A DNA stretch of 64,000 bases from Eledone cirrhosa (Eukaryota). Below, piece by piece: positions 12,950 through 26,694 of this stretch (its first letter is position 1; the number at the start of each line of letters is the position of its first letter). The stretch covers positions 79,608,001-79,672,000 of the forward strand of contig OZ024742.1 of assembly GCA_964016885.1 (NCBI GenBank), written 5' to 3'. Made by a program: the position numbers and the translations under genes. Under the pieces are notes generated by a model, which ran no database searches, was not told where the DNA came from, and worked only from the letters and a program-made list of their open reading frames with translations.

Positions 12950-14279
12950 TCACACACACACACACACGCACACACACACACACACACAGAGACACACACA
13001 CACATTTATTATAAGATCAGATCAAAGTTTAAGCAAAGAAATGCTGCTTTCACTATTTTTAACATTATTCTTAATGTGGTAGCGAACGTTGTCACATTTC
13101 TATGACATGACACTTTTAGAATGAAAGTTAGTCATAGACATGCATGTACATAAAAAAGTATTACGTTCGAATTTAAACGGGAATATAGTGAACCACTTAT
13201 GGGCAGTCAAGTAATTGAATTTGATGAACAGTAGCAATAGATAATTACATAAGTCGGCATTTTACTAACCACAGAGGCAAACACACACGCAAACACACAC
13301 TCATACACAGATATTCACATGTGTATGTGCTTATTTATATATGTTTTAAATAATCACATGATAACATAAAATATATATTAAAAAAAACTTTCAATGAACT
13401 GCATTAAACACTGCTGGGAAATAATCTTCACTGAAACAAAAGAGAACAATGAGAATATAAATATAATATGGTGAGTTATTCAATGTATATTCGACAGAAA
13501 TAATGCTGGAGAATAGCAAAATAAATATAAATATTAACCAAAACAATAGCTATTAAACACAATAAAATTCTTTCCTTGCAGTCAATTTTAAATACATGCA
13601 AAATCACATGTACATATATGTTATTAGAATTTAAGCTTTTTAAATCAACAATCTGAGATTTATAGTGCCTGTTGTTGAAACGATTGACGAAAGGAAATAG
13701 CATCATTATGTTTAAGGGAAACTAATCGTAAACATAGTTATATATGTTTATTCATCGATATTTGATTGGTTGCTGAAGTGTTACAAAGTGTTAGAAAATG
13801 CGTCACAAATTCAACAATTCAATTGTCATACATGAAACACATTGTATTTCTATCTATTCATGCCCACGGTACCGTTGATGTGAGACATGAAACAAGAAAA
13901 GTGGTTATTGTTAATGTATCTGTAGTGTTGATAATTATTGACAGTTTTTCTTCAATAGGCGGTTCTATTTTAGGGTATAGCAAACCCATTATGTGGGAAA
14001 TAATATAATTGTGGCAGATAGAAATTCTAAAATAAATATTGCAGTGAGGAATCTCTTTTGAAGCAAGTTTGGGATGTAGAATCCTATCTATTCAGAGCTA
14101 AATTTGAAGATCAGAATGAAAAAAAGGATAACCTAGAGCTGTTTGGGAGAGAACAGGTAGAAGGCAGCAGATGACGATAAGTCTAGCAGATATGATGGTT
14201 AGTTGCGACATATGTGGGCGCGAGCCAAGCAGTGGTAATTTACTAGGGAGATGGTGCGATGGATGACAATGTTAGTTCT

Positions 14280-14935
14280 CAGGAAAACGCCCACAGCTTT
14301 AATTCTCAGTTAAGAAGTGCCGAATAAATAGGTGGCAGTGGTTATACTCCCAAATCATCGGCTATCGGAATGCGTTACGGAATTGATCCATTGGGAACGG
14401 AGCATTTGATTCTTGACACTTAGACTGAAAGAAAGGTCTCTGTGAATGGTAAATACTTATGCGTCAAACAGTGAGTCAGAAGATTGATCCTTCGTTGATG
14501 AAGCCATGCAGTGTTATTTGTAGCACAGGCCTTGTCATATATCCTACAGGGTGACTTCAATGCACATGCTGGAACTGATCATCTTACTTGGAAAGAAGTG
14601 ATTGTAAGTAATGTGATCCCGATCTAAATTAAGAATTAGATGCTTTATTACTTTTCTCTTCTAGTAAAGGGCTCTGTATTATCAACAACGTTTCCAGTAT
14701 ACTGACTGTTCAACAGAGCATTTATGCTCCAGTTGTTAATTTTTGCAGGCGGAAACTGCACAGAATGGCAAAAATATGCCAACTTCAGCACACGGTCATT
14801 AGAAGAAGTTTGGTAGGTGTCAAAGCTAACACGCTATCTTCAATTTAGTTTTCATGCCTATCCTTACCTATGGTCATGAATCTTGGGCAATGGCCGAATA
14901 TTAGTGAATATAAATAGCCGAAAACGAATTTTCCA
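14280..14935 (+). pseudogene. Internally deleted RTE (Expander/Rex3-like) LINE remnant
   Basis: LQGDFNAHAGTD..TWKEVI (APE motif, ~14545) and IFNLVFMPILTYGHESWAMAE (~14836). Confidence 0.7.
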
Positions 14936-16880
14936 GGGCTGCAGATGAGATGAAAATGAAATCCCGACATGCACATTACTAATAAAATGCCATCTTCAAC
15001 AGGGAATTGACATTACGCTGTAATCGTCGGCTGTAAGTATTTTAATTAATTTGCTGAGGCAGCCATAACATGATAAATACCAATTTCATTCACCTTAGTA
15101 GTATACCAATAGTTGCTGCAGCGCGGTAAATGACTAGATTATCAGGAAGAATGTGTGGTGGTATATAGTTATTTTATTCTATGTTGTGGTTTTGACGACG
15201 TCAATCAACTTTGCATTTCATAATTCCTGAGCCGATAAACTTAGTACCCGTCAATTATATAATGTTGCTTTTTCATTTTCCTATGATATACTAATTAAAA
15301 AGATATCAAACAGTAACGAGATTGACTTTGTCTTTCAAACTTACTATGCAATTTAAGTAGTAAGTACTTGTTAAGTAGTGGAATTAATTTAATCGTTTCG
15401 TTATAATTCCCACAACCTTGTGACGTTTGCAGCACATCTGTATTGGAAGTGAAATGAGTGTTTCAAGTAAAGCAGAATGTCGGTCTGATATTAGTCTCAA
15501 ACTAGAGGTTTTCAGAATAAGTTTTGTTTCTCAGATCTAGGATTTGATTTAACTTCCGTTCTCTAAAATTACACCAGTAAGTAACATTATAAGCTAAATA
15601 TATCAGGGGTTCTACTGTTTCTTTTCCATACACTATCCTTGCTGGTTTTCATTAATTTTAAGTATGTTAATCATTAAACATAAAACTCCCGATTGAGAGA
15701 GCAGTAGTTTTGACAACCATTTTTCTAAGTTCAAAAGAAAACAGCATTTTCACCTTCTACAATTGATAGATACGTGTGGGCTATATAATGAGACTTGAAT
15801 TGATTAAAGTGACTATATCGTCTGAAATATATCCTTAGAAAGTTTGCTGTTTTCTTAGTGAAAAACAATCAATATCTAATGTCATCATAAACAGAGGATG
15901 GAAAAGTATTTTAAGGAAAATCATAATATGTTGTCATCAGCTAGCTATTCCTGAAGGTCAAGTAAGTTGGTCTTTTCGATCGGCAGTTTTGTGTGATTTA
16001 TATTTTATAATCTAGAGACAGGTAGATATATAATAAAATGATGTTGAAATACGTTTAAAGAATACTTGATTTCTGAGAAGCCATAGGTCACATAAGTCAC
16101 ATAGGACTGGCACATATATCTCTATATACAATAAAATAAAGCAAAAAACAATAAAACAAAACAATTTGCCATTAAGTAACCAATACTTTCGAGAGTTTCT
16201 TAAGTTTATTTGTATGGTGATATCCTCTTTTCTGACGATGAAATTGTTATGTTGATGAAGCATTCTCGTGAGGGCAAAGGTTCGTAGCAAAGAAATTTAC
16301 AGAAGAAATTATATCAACAATAAGAGTCAATATAGTGGTGACCACACGGAAGAATAAAACTAACGAAATAAAGAGTTTGCATGATGTATTCTCTGAGCTA
16401 TCTCATGATAAACAATGGAAGTGAAGAAGCTTAACATTAACATTCATTCGAGAAATTATGGTGGAAAACGAAGTAGTTAGGGTTCATATGTTCGTGTATT
16501 GACTGCGTAGAAAGAACTACATTGTGTTCAATAGCTTTTGTTTAGTTCATATGTATAATTTATTTTGCGATCATCAAGCATTATTCCCTTCTAATATACA
16601 CTGAATAACTCACCGTATCATATTTATATGGTAGTGGTCATAGAGGCATCACTTGAAGTATTTCGTGCATTATATAAGGTACCCAACAAAAACCAGCTAT
16701 GCGAAGCCCATTAATCTTCAAAATATGTGCAAAGAAAAATTAAAATCACAATTACAAGCTAACCAAATATTTGCGAAAATATCAATGCCGCAGCTGCTAC
16801 GAGAATTATGAAAATAAAAATATACACACACACACAAACACACAGAGGCACATGTACGCACACGAACACACACACACACA

Positions 16881-16953
<73 letters not shown>

Positions 16954-17018
16954 GCATCAAGTACTACTTTGGTATGTGGCCTTCCAGATCATCGTATCGC
17001 AGAAACACACACTTACAC

Positions 17019-17078
<60 letters not shown>

Positions 17079-17129
17079 GTATGTATATATATATATATGT
17101 ATGTATTATATATATATATATGTATGTAG

Positions 17130-17166
<37 letters not shown>

Positions 17167-17176
17167 ATATATATAC

Positions 17177-17208
<32 letters not shown>

Positions 17209-17276
17209 ATACATACATATATATATATACATACATATATATAAATATATATATATATATATATTATATATATACA

Positions 17277-17452
17277 ATAATTGTTTCTACTTTTGGCACA
17301 AGGCCAGCAATTACCCAGTACATTACTGGTACTTTATTTTATCGACCCCATAAGGATGAAAGGCAAAGTGAACCTCGGCGGGATTTGAACTCAGACCGTA
17401 AAGGGACGTAACTATGCTGGAAAGCATGGCATCCGACTCTCTACCGATACTG
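17277..17452 (-). mobile_element. tRNA-derived Nin-domain SINE
   Basis: Homologous to 11372-11562. Confidence 0.85.
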
Positions 17453-18488
17453 GAGGTATACATATATATGTGTATACATACATATACATGTATATATAAA
17501 CATATATTTTTCACAAGTATGTGAGATTGTATGTTGTCGACCTTAACCAGTGTTACTCTATGATTATGAGAGACAAAATAATCGAAATAATTAAATTGAC
17601 ACAATATCAGAGTTATATAAAATATTATAAAAGGAATAATAGATACAATATACCTATTTTTTTCTTTCGTCCCGACTGTACAGTTTCGCTGGTCACTATG
17701 CAAGAATGTTATATCATAGATATACAACATTGTTGTGAGGTAAGCCAGCTTATCAAGGGAGCACCTCAGGGAAGAGCCCTAACTACATACGTCCGTAGCA
17801 TGCGAGAAAATCTCAGAAAGGCGGAGGGAGACTCTATCACGTGATACACCGGTCAAGAAAGTGGATTAATCCCTTGTAGCAGTGAAAATATCTCAGAAGG
17901 CGGAGGGAGATATTGATATGATACAGAGGCTAATTATTTCGATTATTTTGTCTCTCATAATCATAGAGTAACACTGGTTAAGGTCGACAACATACAATCT
18001 CACATACTTGTGAACAATATATGTTTATATATAGATGTATATGTATGTATGTATACACATATATTTGTATACCTCTCATTATTGTCTCTAACTCCCTCAC
18101 GGTAGAGTAACCACGGAAGTATAGTGACTGCTTTCAAGCAAACACTATATACACTTCTAGTCAACCTTACCACCCTTCTGTAGCCTATGTATCATATCAA
18201 TATCTCCCTCCACCTTCTGAGATATTTTCACTGCTACAAGGGATTAATCCCCTTTCCTGACGGTGTATCACGTGATAGAGTCTCCCTCCGCCTTTCTGAG
18301 ATTTTCTCGCATGCTACGGACGTATGTAGTTAGGGCTCTTCCCTGAGGTGCTCCCTTGATAAGCTGGCTTACCTCACAACAATGTTATATATCTATGATA
18401 TAACATTCTTGCATAGTGACCAGCGAAACTGTACAGTCGGGACGAAAGTAAAAAAATAGGTATATTGTATCTACTATTCCTTTTTATA

Positions 18489-18497
<9 letters not shown>
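17453..18497. mobile_element. Retrozyme-like element: two inverted, circularly permuted partial copies of a ~585-bp HHR-bearing unit
   Basis: A(17453-17592), spacer, B(17615-17930), then rcA(17931-18075), C(18076-18182), rcB(18183-18497); ends in (TA)n. Confidence 0.82.
18352..18442 (+). ncRNA. Type I hammerhead ribozyme with compensatory U3-A8 core (UUGAUAA)
   Basis: tccc TTGATAA gctgg...ccagc GAAA ctgtacag TC ggga; the same core is in the inverted copy at 17670-17760(-). Confidence 0.78.
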
Positions 18498-18566
<69 letters not shown>

Positions 18567-19636
18567 ATACAATGGGATTAAATCAACCAGAATTTAGTAA
18601 AATTGTTCGTTATGGAAAAATATTGCATCTGTTGACACACTATTTCAGAGATTGTTAAACTAATATAATGTCGAAAAAAAGACCACCTCACCATAAAATA
18701 GATAGAAACATAGAAGTGCTATGCCGATGCCTTCACTTTGGATATTATTAAAACTCAAAATTCATACTCTGCTTGTAAATATTACACTCACCTGATCGCA
18801 GCCAGTCGTCTAACATCCTTGCCTACAGCTCTATCGAAAAAAGGATAATTATACACAGAAGAATAATGTTTATTGTCCTTTACTGTTCATAGCCTGAAGC
18901 AATCGTTGCTATTGTTGCTTAGGTAAAACAGACACGAATCTCAAATACTTATAGAACTGGTAATCAGTTGTGTTCACAGTTATTTTTAGTGGATGAGAGA
19001 CATAAATGCTCTGGTTAGGTCACTGCCTTAGAACAGCTAGATGTTTTCTCGCCAGAACTTGAACTCGGAACTACAAACTTACAACATGTTATTTATATTT
19101 GATGATGGACCTATGACAGTATCTATGGAGTATATTCGACGCAGTTAAATCCTATATTCTTAACAGGTGCATACCCCAACCTATAACCTGTATATAAATA
19201 TAGTATACCAGGTAAATTCAAAGAAATTCTGCAACATATTTGTGTACAAGTTAAATTGTTGACACACATACAATGGTCGAAGCATTTATATTTATGTTAG
19301 GATATATGGGTGATGTCTATGGTAAATATTTATGGGGGGTGGGGTGAGGGTGTGTCTTAGTTCTAATATAGACATTTAGTTCATGATTGGCTCGGGTTTT
19401 GCGAATGAATTTTTACAAGTTTCGAATCCGACGTTCTTGGGCCATTAGAGGCTTCATTTATTGTTGGCTTTGTTTTCCAAGGGCATTGTTGACACATAGG
19501 GCATTCGTTGATTGCTTGTGTTTCTTCTATATGTGTGGTGTAATGGCATGTATATTTAGGGTAGTTTTTGAAGGGGAATTGACTGGTTGGAGTAATAACG
19601 CTCTTATTTACGTATATGTATATATCATATATAAGT

Positions 19637-20500
19637 AAAATTTGTCAGCAATATACTTAGCATCTCCATAAAAAGATTGCTAACAAAACCTAATTTAGAG
19701 AAGCGTATTCATATAGAAACATCTTAAAGAAAAATACAGAATGACCAGCAGGTAGATCCCCTTAAAGTAATCTAAAATAAGAAAACCTTCACAAGCATAA
19801 CATCCTATCCTCGGCCTGGTGTCTTAGATAATCAATCTCAAGCTAGAAGGGTCAACAAAAATTCCCCTTACTGTAGTTTCATGAGCAAAAGAACAGAAGT
19901 GACCATCTCAATATATTTAGGCGGTCCATTCAGCTAGAAGGGCCCAATCATCTGAAGAGTTCTGATGATTGGTATCAGAACATGACATAGTAACCTGTTG
20001 CTGAACAGCATGTGATCCTATCGAACCAGCATCTTGCACAGTACGGCACTCATGCGTAGATCGACCAATAAGGTAAATATTTGTATATCTCGGACAAAGT
20101 GACGAGTCCAAAATTGTCACTAGAAATAGCAGCCAACATAAACTGTTTAACAACTCAATATTTACTGAGTAACAAATATCATAAATAAAAATTGTCAGCA
20201 ATATACTTAACATATTCAGAGAAATTATTCCTAAAAAAAAAAAATAATAATAATTTAGAGAAGTATATACACATAGAAACATGATATGAAGATGATTGAG
20301 TTATTCCAGCAGAATGGCCCACTTTAATATATTTTGATGGTCAGTTATGTTATTTTGCTCATGAAGCTGCAGGAAAGGTAATTCTTGTTGAGACCTTTAG
20401 CTTTAGGTTGTTTAACTAAGATTCAACCCCTAGCGTAAGATGCTAATGAAGGTCTTCATATTTTGGATTACCAGGATCTACCAGTTGGTCAGTCTACATT
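19637..20500. mobile_element. Older tandem-plus-inverted non-coding element (~550-bp unit)
   Basis: ttgtcagcaatatactta at 19642 and 20192; ~20290-20500 is a diverged reverse complement of ~19735-19955. Confidence 0.65.
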
Positions 20501-20761
20501 TAAAAAATATTTTCTCTCTCTCTAGCTCTTTCTGTATATATACATGTATATATATATGAACATAATAAATGGAGGAGAAGACATTACGTTTAAAACCAAA
20601 CTTTACATCTTAGAATGTGTTTCATCTATACAATAAAGAGTAACCGTTCATACATATATTTTTTTGCGCGTGTACGCATGAATATATCTTGTTAACGATA
20701 TTAATATAGAGTCTTCACACTTTTTCTCCCTCCTCCTTTCTTATGATACATATCTCTTCTT

Positions 20762-20810
<49 letters not shown>

Positions 20811-20815
<5 letters not shown>

Positions 20816-21099
20816 AGTGTAACATGTAGCTACTGTAGGTTCACTCGGGTGAAAAATTCTGCCATTACAACAGCAGAGGTAAAACGAACTTTTGATTCCA
20901 GAGTCGGGCCAGATCGATATATATCAACCTTGAGCTGATCAATAGAGTAGTGATGCGCATTTCGCTATTGATCAGCTCAAGGTTGATATATATCGATCTG
21001 GCCCGACTCTGGAATCAAAAGCTCGTTTTGCCTCTGCTGTTGTAATGGCAGAATTTTTCACCCGAGTGAACCTACAGTAGCTGCATGTTACACTCCCTA
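20811..21099. repeat. Near-perfect inverted repeat (135-bp arms, 19-nt loop) within (TA)n
   Basis: 20811-20945 vs 20965-21099; only three mismatches found by eye. Confidence 0.95.
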
Positions 21100-21993
21100 T
21101 ATATATATATATCCGATCTATTATTCATATTTGGTTCTTTCTGGCTGGTGACAATGGCCTCCTTTATTCTTAAATTCTTAAATTCCTTATATTCGTATTC
21201 TGATACCGATATGATGACCTCAATGTCTTGGTTGCAATATGATTTTTGCAAGATGACTTTTAACAGAAGCTCTCATCTTCATGTGCTACTTGATCCGTAT
21301 ATGCATGTGATAAGTAATAGATGGGAAACGTATGCGAGAGACTGGTTACTGTTATTATTCTGCGTATGCGTGTTACGCAGACGTGTTATGCAGACACGTA
21401 GGCCAGTTACGGAAAAATGCATCGATTATACGTTTTGTTTTGGTGTGATCTGTTTCAGCTCTGCATTTGAAAAGTGGCTCGGAGCACTGACATATCATGT
21501 TAAATACATGGGATAAAACAATACGTTTATTTCTCATCATTTGCCCCTTCGTAATTTTCTACCGCATTGTGCCGGCGTTTTGGAAATTATCTGTCTTTTG
21601 CTAAGAATATCACAATGCCTCGTATCAACTACATTATACTACTCTCCACCCCTCTCTCTCTCTCTCTCAATATATATATATATGTTTATATATATAAAGA
21701 AGGAAAGAGAGAGAGAGAGAGATAATTACATATGCACATATATCCATAAATTCAATCTAACTTCAACATATGAATCAAGAGTTATGTTTCTGTGCTTTCG
21801 CCTAAAGGATCGACGTAGTATAGAAAATATATAAATATATAACTATATATATGGTATGATGCATAGAAAGTATATTTGTAAAAGTATAGAATCAACCGCG
21901 AGTTCGGCTGGTTCGGTTAGTCACCTTGGCGGAAACCACAGACGTCGCGGTCGATCCTCTACTTTTAGTAATATACGCACTCTGCATCATACC

Positions 21994-22078
<85 letters not shown>

Positions 22079-22774
22079 CGTGATTGTGCGCGTAAACGAT
22101 TATGAGAAAGAAATATGCATACATATATACGTGTATATATATATATATATATATATATACACGTATACGCGTATGCATATTTCTTTCTAATATCCGTTTA
22201 CGCGCACATTCACGCACATACGCTCATATAGACATATGAAAACATGTAAGTAGTTATATGTATAAGTTATTTTCGGTTTGTGAACTTTAGATCGAAGAAG
22301 AATCTCGCATAGATTTGATAGATTTATGATATAGCTTTTAGCTCTGTTGTATATTTTATGAAATTTAACCTTTAAGACAAACAGAATTGTTTATGAGTAT
22401 TATCGTTTTGTTCGACATATTTGGGTATCTTTACATGTAAGTTGTCAGAATTTTATTAACCAAGAATCATGTCCTGTCTCATTTTATCTAATCTTTTCTA
22501 ATCCCTCCTCTCTCTCCCTCACTATCAATCTATCTATCTATCAATCTATCTAGCTAGCTACCTAGCTATATCTATCTATCTATTAATCTAGTATTTATTT
22601 ATCTATCTACCAATTTCCTACCTACATATCTACTTTCCACCCATGTTACCTCCTTACCTTCCTCTATTCCTTTCTCCCTTCTCTCTTTTCTACCTACATA
22701 CCAATCTTCCTTTCTATCTCACACACTCTCTCTCTTTCTTACCCTCTCTCTAAGTCTGTGTCTGTCTGTCTCTA

Positions 22775-22815
<41 letters not shown>

Positions 22816-22881
22816 TGGAATAATTGCTGGCCTCGTGCCAAAAGTAGAAACAGTTATTTAAATACACTCACACACATACAC

Positions 22882-22940
<59 letters not shown>

Positions 22941-22942
<2 letters not shown>

Positions 22943-23072
22943 CCAGTGTATTACTGGTACTTTATTTTATCGACCCCGTAAGGATGAAAGGCAAAGTTAA
23001 CCTCGGCGGGATTTGAACTCAGAAAGGGCCGTAACTCTTCGTCCGACCCTCTACTGGTCCAATCCACCACCC
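22941..23072 (-). mobile_element. Nin-domain SINE; its 3' tail appears inverted at 22812-22856
   Basis: tactggtactttattttatcgaccccgtaaggatgaaaggc; the tail ggcctcgtgccaaaagtagaaaca lies on + upstream. Confidence 0.75.
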
Positions 23073-24332
23073 TTGTGTATTTAAATAACGACCAGCCGGT
23101 TGTCCCAGTTTTCAAAAAGTGAAACAAGCCCCTTGAATTGAATTACCTTCCGATCTCATTCACCTCTCAAATCATTGAAGGATGGGCGTTGGTCCTTGAC
23201 ACGCTAGCTGCTTTGAGTGTATGAACGTTCACCCATGAGCTGACCAGCGCAAAGGGATGTACAATAATGTACAATAATTTCTACACATATATACACACAA
23301 ACATAGTATCAGCCAAGAGGGCTTCTGCAGAAAGGTGATGTTAGTGAATATGATCGTTGCCTTTATATTTCATTATGTGGTATGGACATAAAGTAAGCTG
23401 CTTAGCTTCGGATACGACAATATGGTGGTGCAAATGTAAACAGCTAAGCTACAAGTTGTGAATACACTATTTGCGTGGTGATGTATAGAGCCAGCAAGTG
23501 GTGGGAACGGAATAAATGTTAGGAAAAATTCAACATCGATGGTGCTACAGCCGCGTCACTGAGTGCCAAACAGTCACAGACGTGCGTGCCAGTGATACAA
23601 GCACACATAGACGTGAGCCCTGTGATGTATATGTGTCAGTGGTTTGTGTGCATGTGCAAATGCGTGTGCAAGCATTAGAAAGTGTAGCATTTTGATGGTT
23701 ATGTGTGTACTGAGGTAGATGTGTGTTGGGTGGTATGTACGGAACTTGTAAATGTAATTATATCCATATATGCGATAGTGGTTTCCATTATTAATGAATT
23801 CATAACTGATTTGCTGTAGAAAAAGAATCCCGAATCCCGCTGGAAACAATATTATCACCTGTAAATATAGTAATATGAAAAATATATATATATATATTCT
23901 CATCTGTAAATATAGTAACATGAAAAAAAAAAAATCCTCACCTGTAAATATACTAATATGGAAAAATGGATGCAAAACATATAAGTTTATATTCTGTTGG
24001 CAAAAGCTTAATGTTAGGTTGCGAATTGTCAAACGCATTAGCTCGTCGAACGAAATGCCTCGAGATATTTATTTTAGTTATTTGTATTTTGATTTGTCAT
24101 ATGACTAAAGAGTATACGCCTATGTCGATAAACTGACAGAGTCGCTAAGGCGATGGATCTAATATTGTGTGATATTTGTTCTGATAAATTATCAGTTACC
24201 AGTTTAATACCTCTAATTGGCATTGAAAGCTTTAGTGGATTCTGTCACTGGAGGATTCCTTAAACATTCTCGCTATCACTAAGACTTGGAGGCCCTAAAA
24301 TTGCTCGGAGTCATCGATGAAAAATACAGATG

Positions 24333-24378
<46 letters not shown>

Positions 24379-24435
24379 CCCCTCCCCATCTCTCTCCCCC
24401 CTCTCTCTCTCTATATATATATATAAATATATATC

Positions 24436-24480
<45 letters not shown>

Positions 24481-24624
24481 ACACACACACACACACACAT
24501 ATACATATATATACATATATATACATGTATATGTATATATATATATATATGTATATATGTGTGTGTGTGTGTGTATGGATATATATTTATATATATAATA
24601 TATTTATATATATATATATATATA

Positions 24625-25400
24625 GTAATAATAATAAATTTGAAGACTAAAATCCAAAGAGGGCTCGATAAGGTTAAATATATATCAAATATATAAGAAC
24701 CGTAGAGCAAATATTTATTAAAATAACAGATTAAAGTTTAAGCAAAGAATCGTTGCTTTCACCCTTAACGGGATCTTCTGAAACTAAAAAAATCAATCTG
24801 TGAACGCAGAAGTAAATATTTCGAAAAACGTTGCAACCGGAGACAGGAAGACGATACTTTGCTTCGTGGAAACGTTCCTTGGCAAAGAACTGAAAATAAC
24901 GAAGATAATACGTCATTATTTGGACCGTGAAAACAATTTCACGCAAAAACAAAACCACGTTTATGGTATAAATGAAGTCGTAGACTAATATTCTATTAGG
25001 TGGTTCGTGGGGCAGTTCTCTGGAAATGAACGGAAAAAACGAAGATAATACGTCATTATGTGGATCGATGAGAACAATTACACGCAAAGACAAAACCACG
25101 TTTATGGTATAACTGAAGTCGTAGACTAATATTCTATTTAGGGAACCTAATGATTCTCGGCTTCAGAGTTAAGAATAATGTAAATAAATTACAGAGGTAA
25201 TTGAAATCAACAAAAATTAAATATATACATGCACACATCCATATACGTACATACACATGTATATGCGAAAACACCCGCCATGGGTATGCAAATACAAGCA
25301 CGTACAGCAAAAAACACGCACGCACATACAGAACCCACGCAACGCCTGTACCCACACACGAACGAACGTATACACCAAATACACATACAATTATATACAT
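24625..25400 (-). mobile_element. Solo 3' UTR/pseudo-LTR of the PLE-1 family with a 140-bp internal duplication
   Basis: Reverse complement of ~9030-9575 and direct match to 7645-7848; aacgaagataatacgtcattat at 24898 and 25038. Confidence 0.85.
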
Positions 25401-25453
25401 ACACACATATGATATTTTTTATTAGGTTTACGTTTGACATAGGAAGAAAAGAG

Positions 25454-25499
25454 TTATCTTCGGATACGTTTCGAACGATAGATCTTCATCAGAAGACAG
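25454..25499 (-). ncRNA. Hammerhead-like motif with canonical core boxes and imperfect helix I
   Basis: tgtctt CTGATGA agatctatcgttc GAAA cgta TC cgaagata. Confidence 0.5.
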
Positions 25500-25615
25500 A
25501 ATGAGTGAAAGAGGAAGAAATAGATAAACGAGAGTAAGTAGAGGAAGAATGAAAAAAACCCAAAAAACTGGATGGCGTGAGTGTGTTTATTCAGTCACTT
25601 TGAGGAAGTGACACA

Positions 25616-25697
<82 letters not shown>

Positions 25698-25795
25698 GTA
25701 TATATATATTTGTGTGTGAGTGTGAGCGTATATGTTCATGTGTATATGCGTATGTATGAATGTATTTAAGTCCATTAAATATATATATGTATATA

Positions 25796-25885
<90 letters not shown>

Positions 25886-26374
25886 GAATTCAAGGTATTT
25901 TTTTAAATGTACAGTTCAGAGCTTCCAGGAAATGTTTTATTACTATCCCCTGCTAGATTCATATTTGAACTTACTTTGTGGGTAGGGATGTATCGCAACA
26001 AAATTGACATGTTTCTCTCCTTTTTATGGCATCTCTACTTAAATAAATGTTGTTTTGATACAAAATCAACAAATACGTTATAATCCAATCATTACAGTAA
26101 CTCTTTTTCTTGCGCTTTAATCATGGCATGATGGCGAAGCACTTTGGCACGGTTCTTTATAAGGTGTGTGTTATGAATAGTACTGATATAGTGGCCTTAT
26201 CCAATTTTAGCTTTAGAAGCATAAATTTAATGTTTATATTTATAAAAATAACCCATACCAAATGCATACAAAATAATTATACAAATATCTAATCTATCAA
26301 TCAATTTATCTATCTACCGATGTATGTATCGATCTGTCTATCTATCTATCTATCTATCTATCAATCTCTCTCTC

Positions 26375-26454
<80 letters not shown>

Positions 26455-26694
26455 CATACATATGCACACCTAGCGTGCGTTCACATGCACACACACACAC
26501 ACACACACACATACTCACCCCCCCCCATATCTCTACATACGCAAACATACAGGAAGGAACAAAAGTCTCATCCCACCCTAATCACAAGAAAACACGTCTA
26601 TAAAAGAGAGGCAATAATCTATTATAAACAAATATGAAGATATTATGGCAAAGTGTTATATTAGTGGTGCCCGATTTTTGCGTCACACTATTTA

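Noticed and set aside
13850-13990. Possible host terminal exon on the minus strand (EPPIEEKLSIIINTTDTLTITTFLVSCLTSTVPWA*)
   Set aside because: Short, no recognisable domain, and no partner exons can be supported without RNA data.
19950-19995. CTGAAGA/CTGATGA boxes with a hairpin in the 550-bp element
   Set aside because: No properly placed GAAA or helix I/III; at most a decayed HHR.
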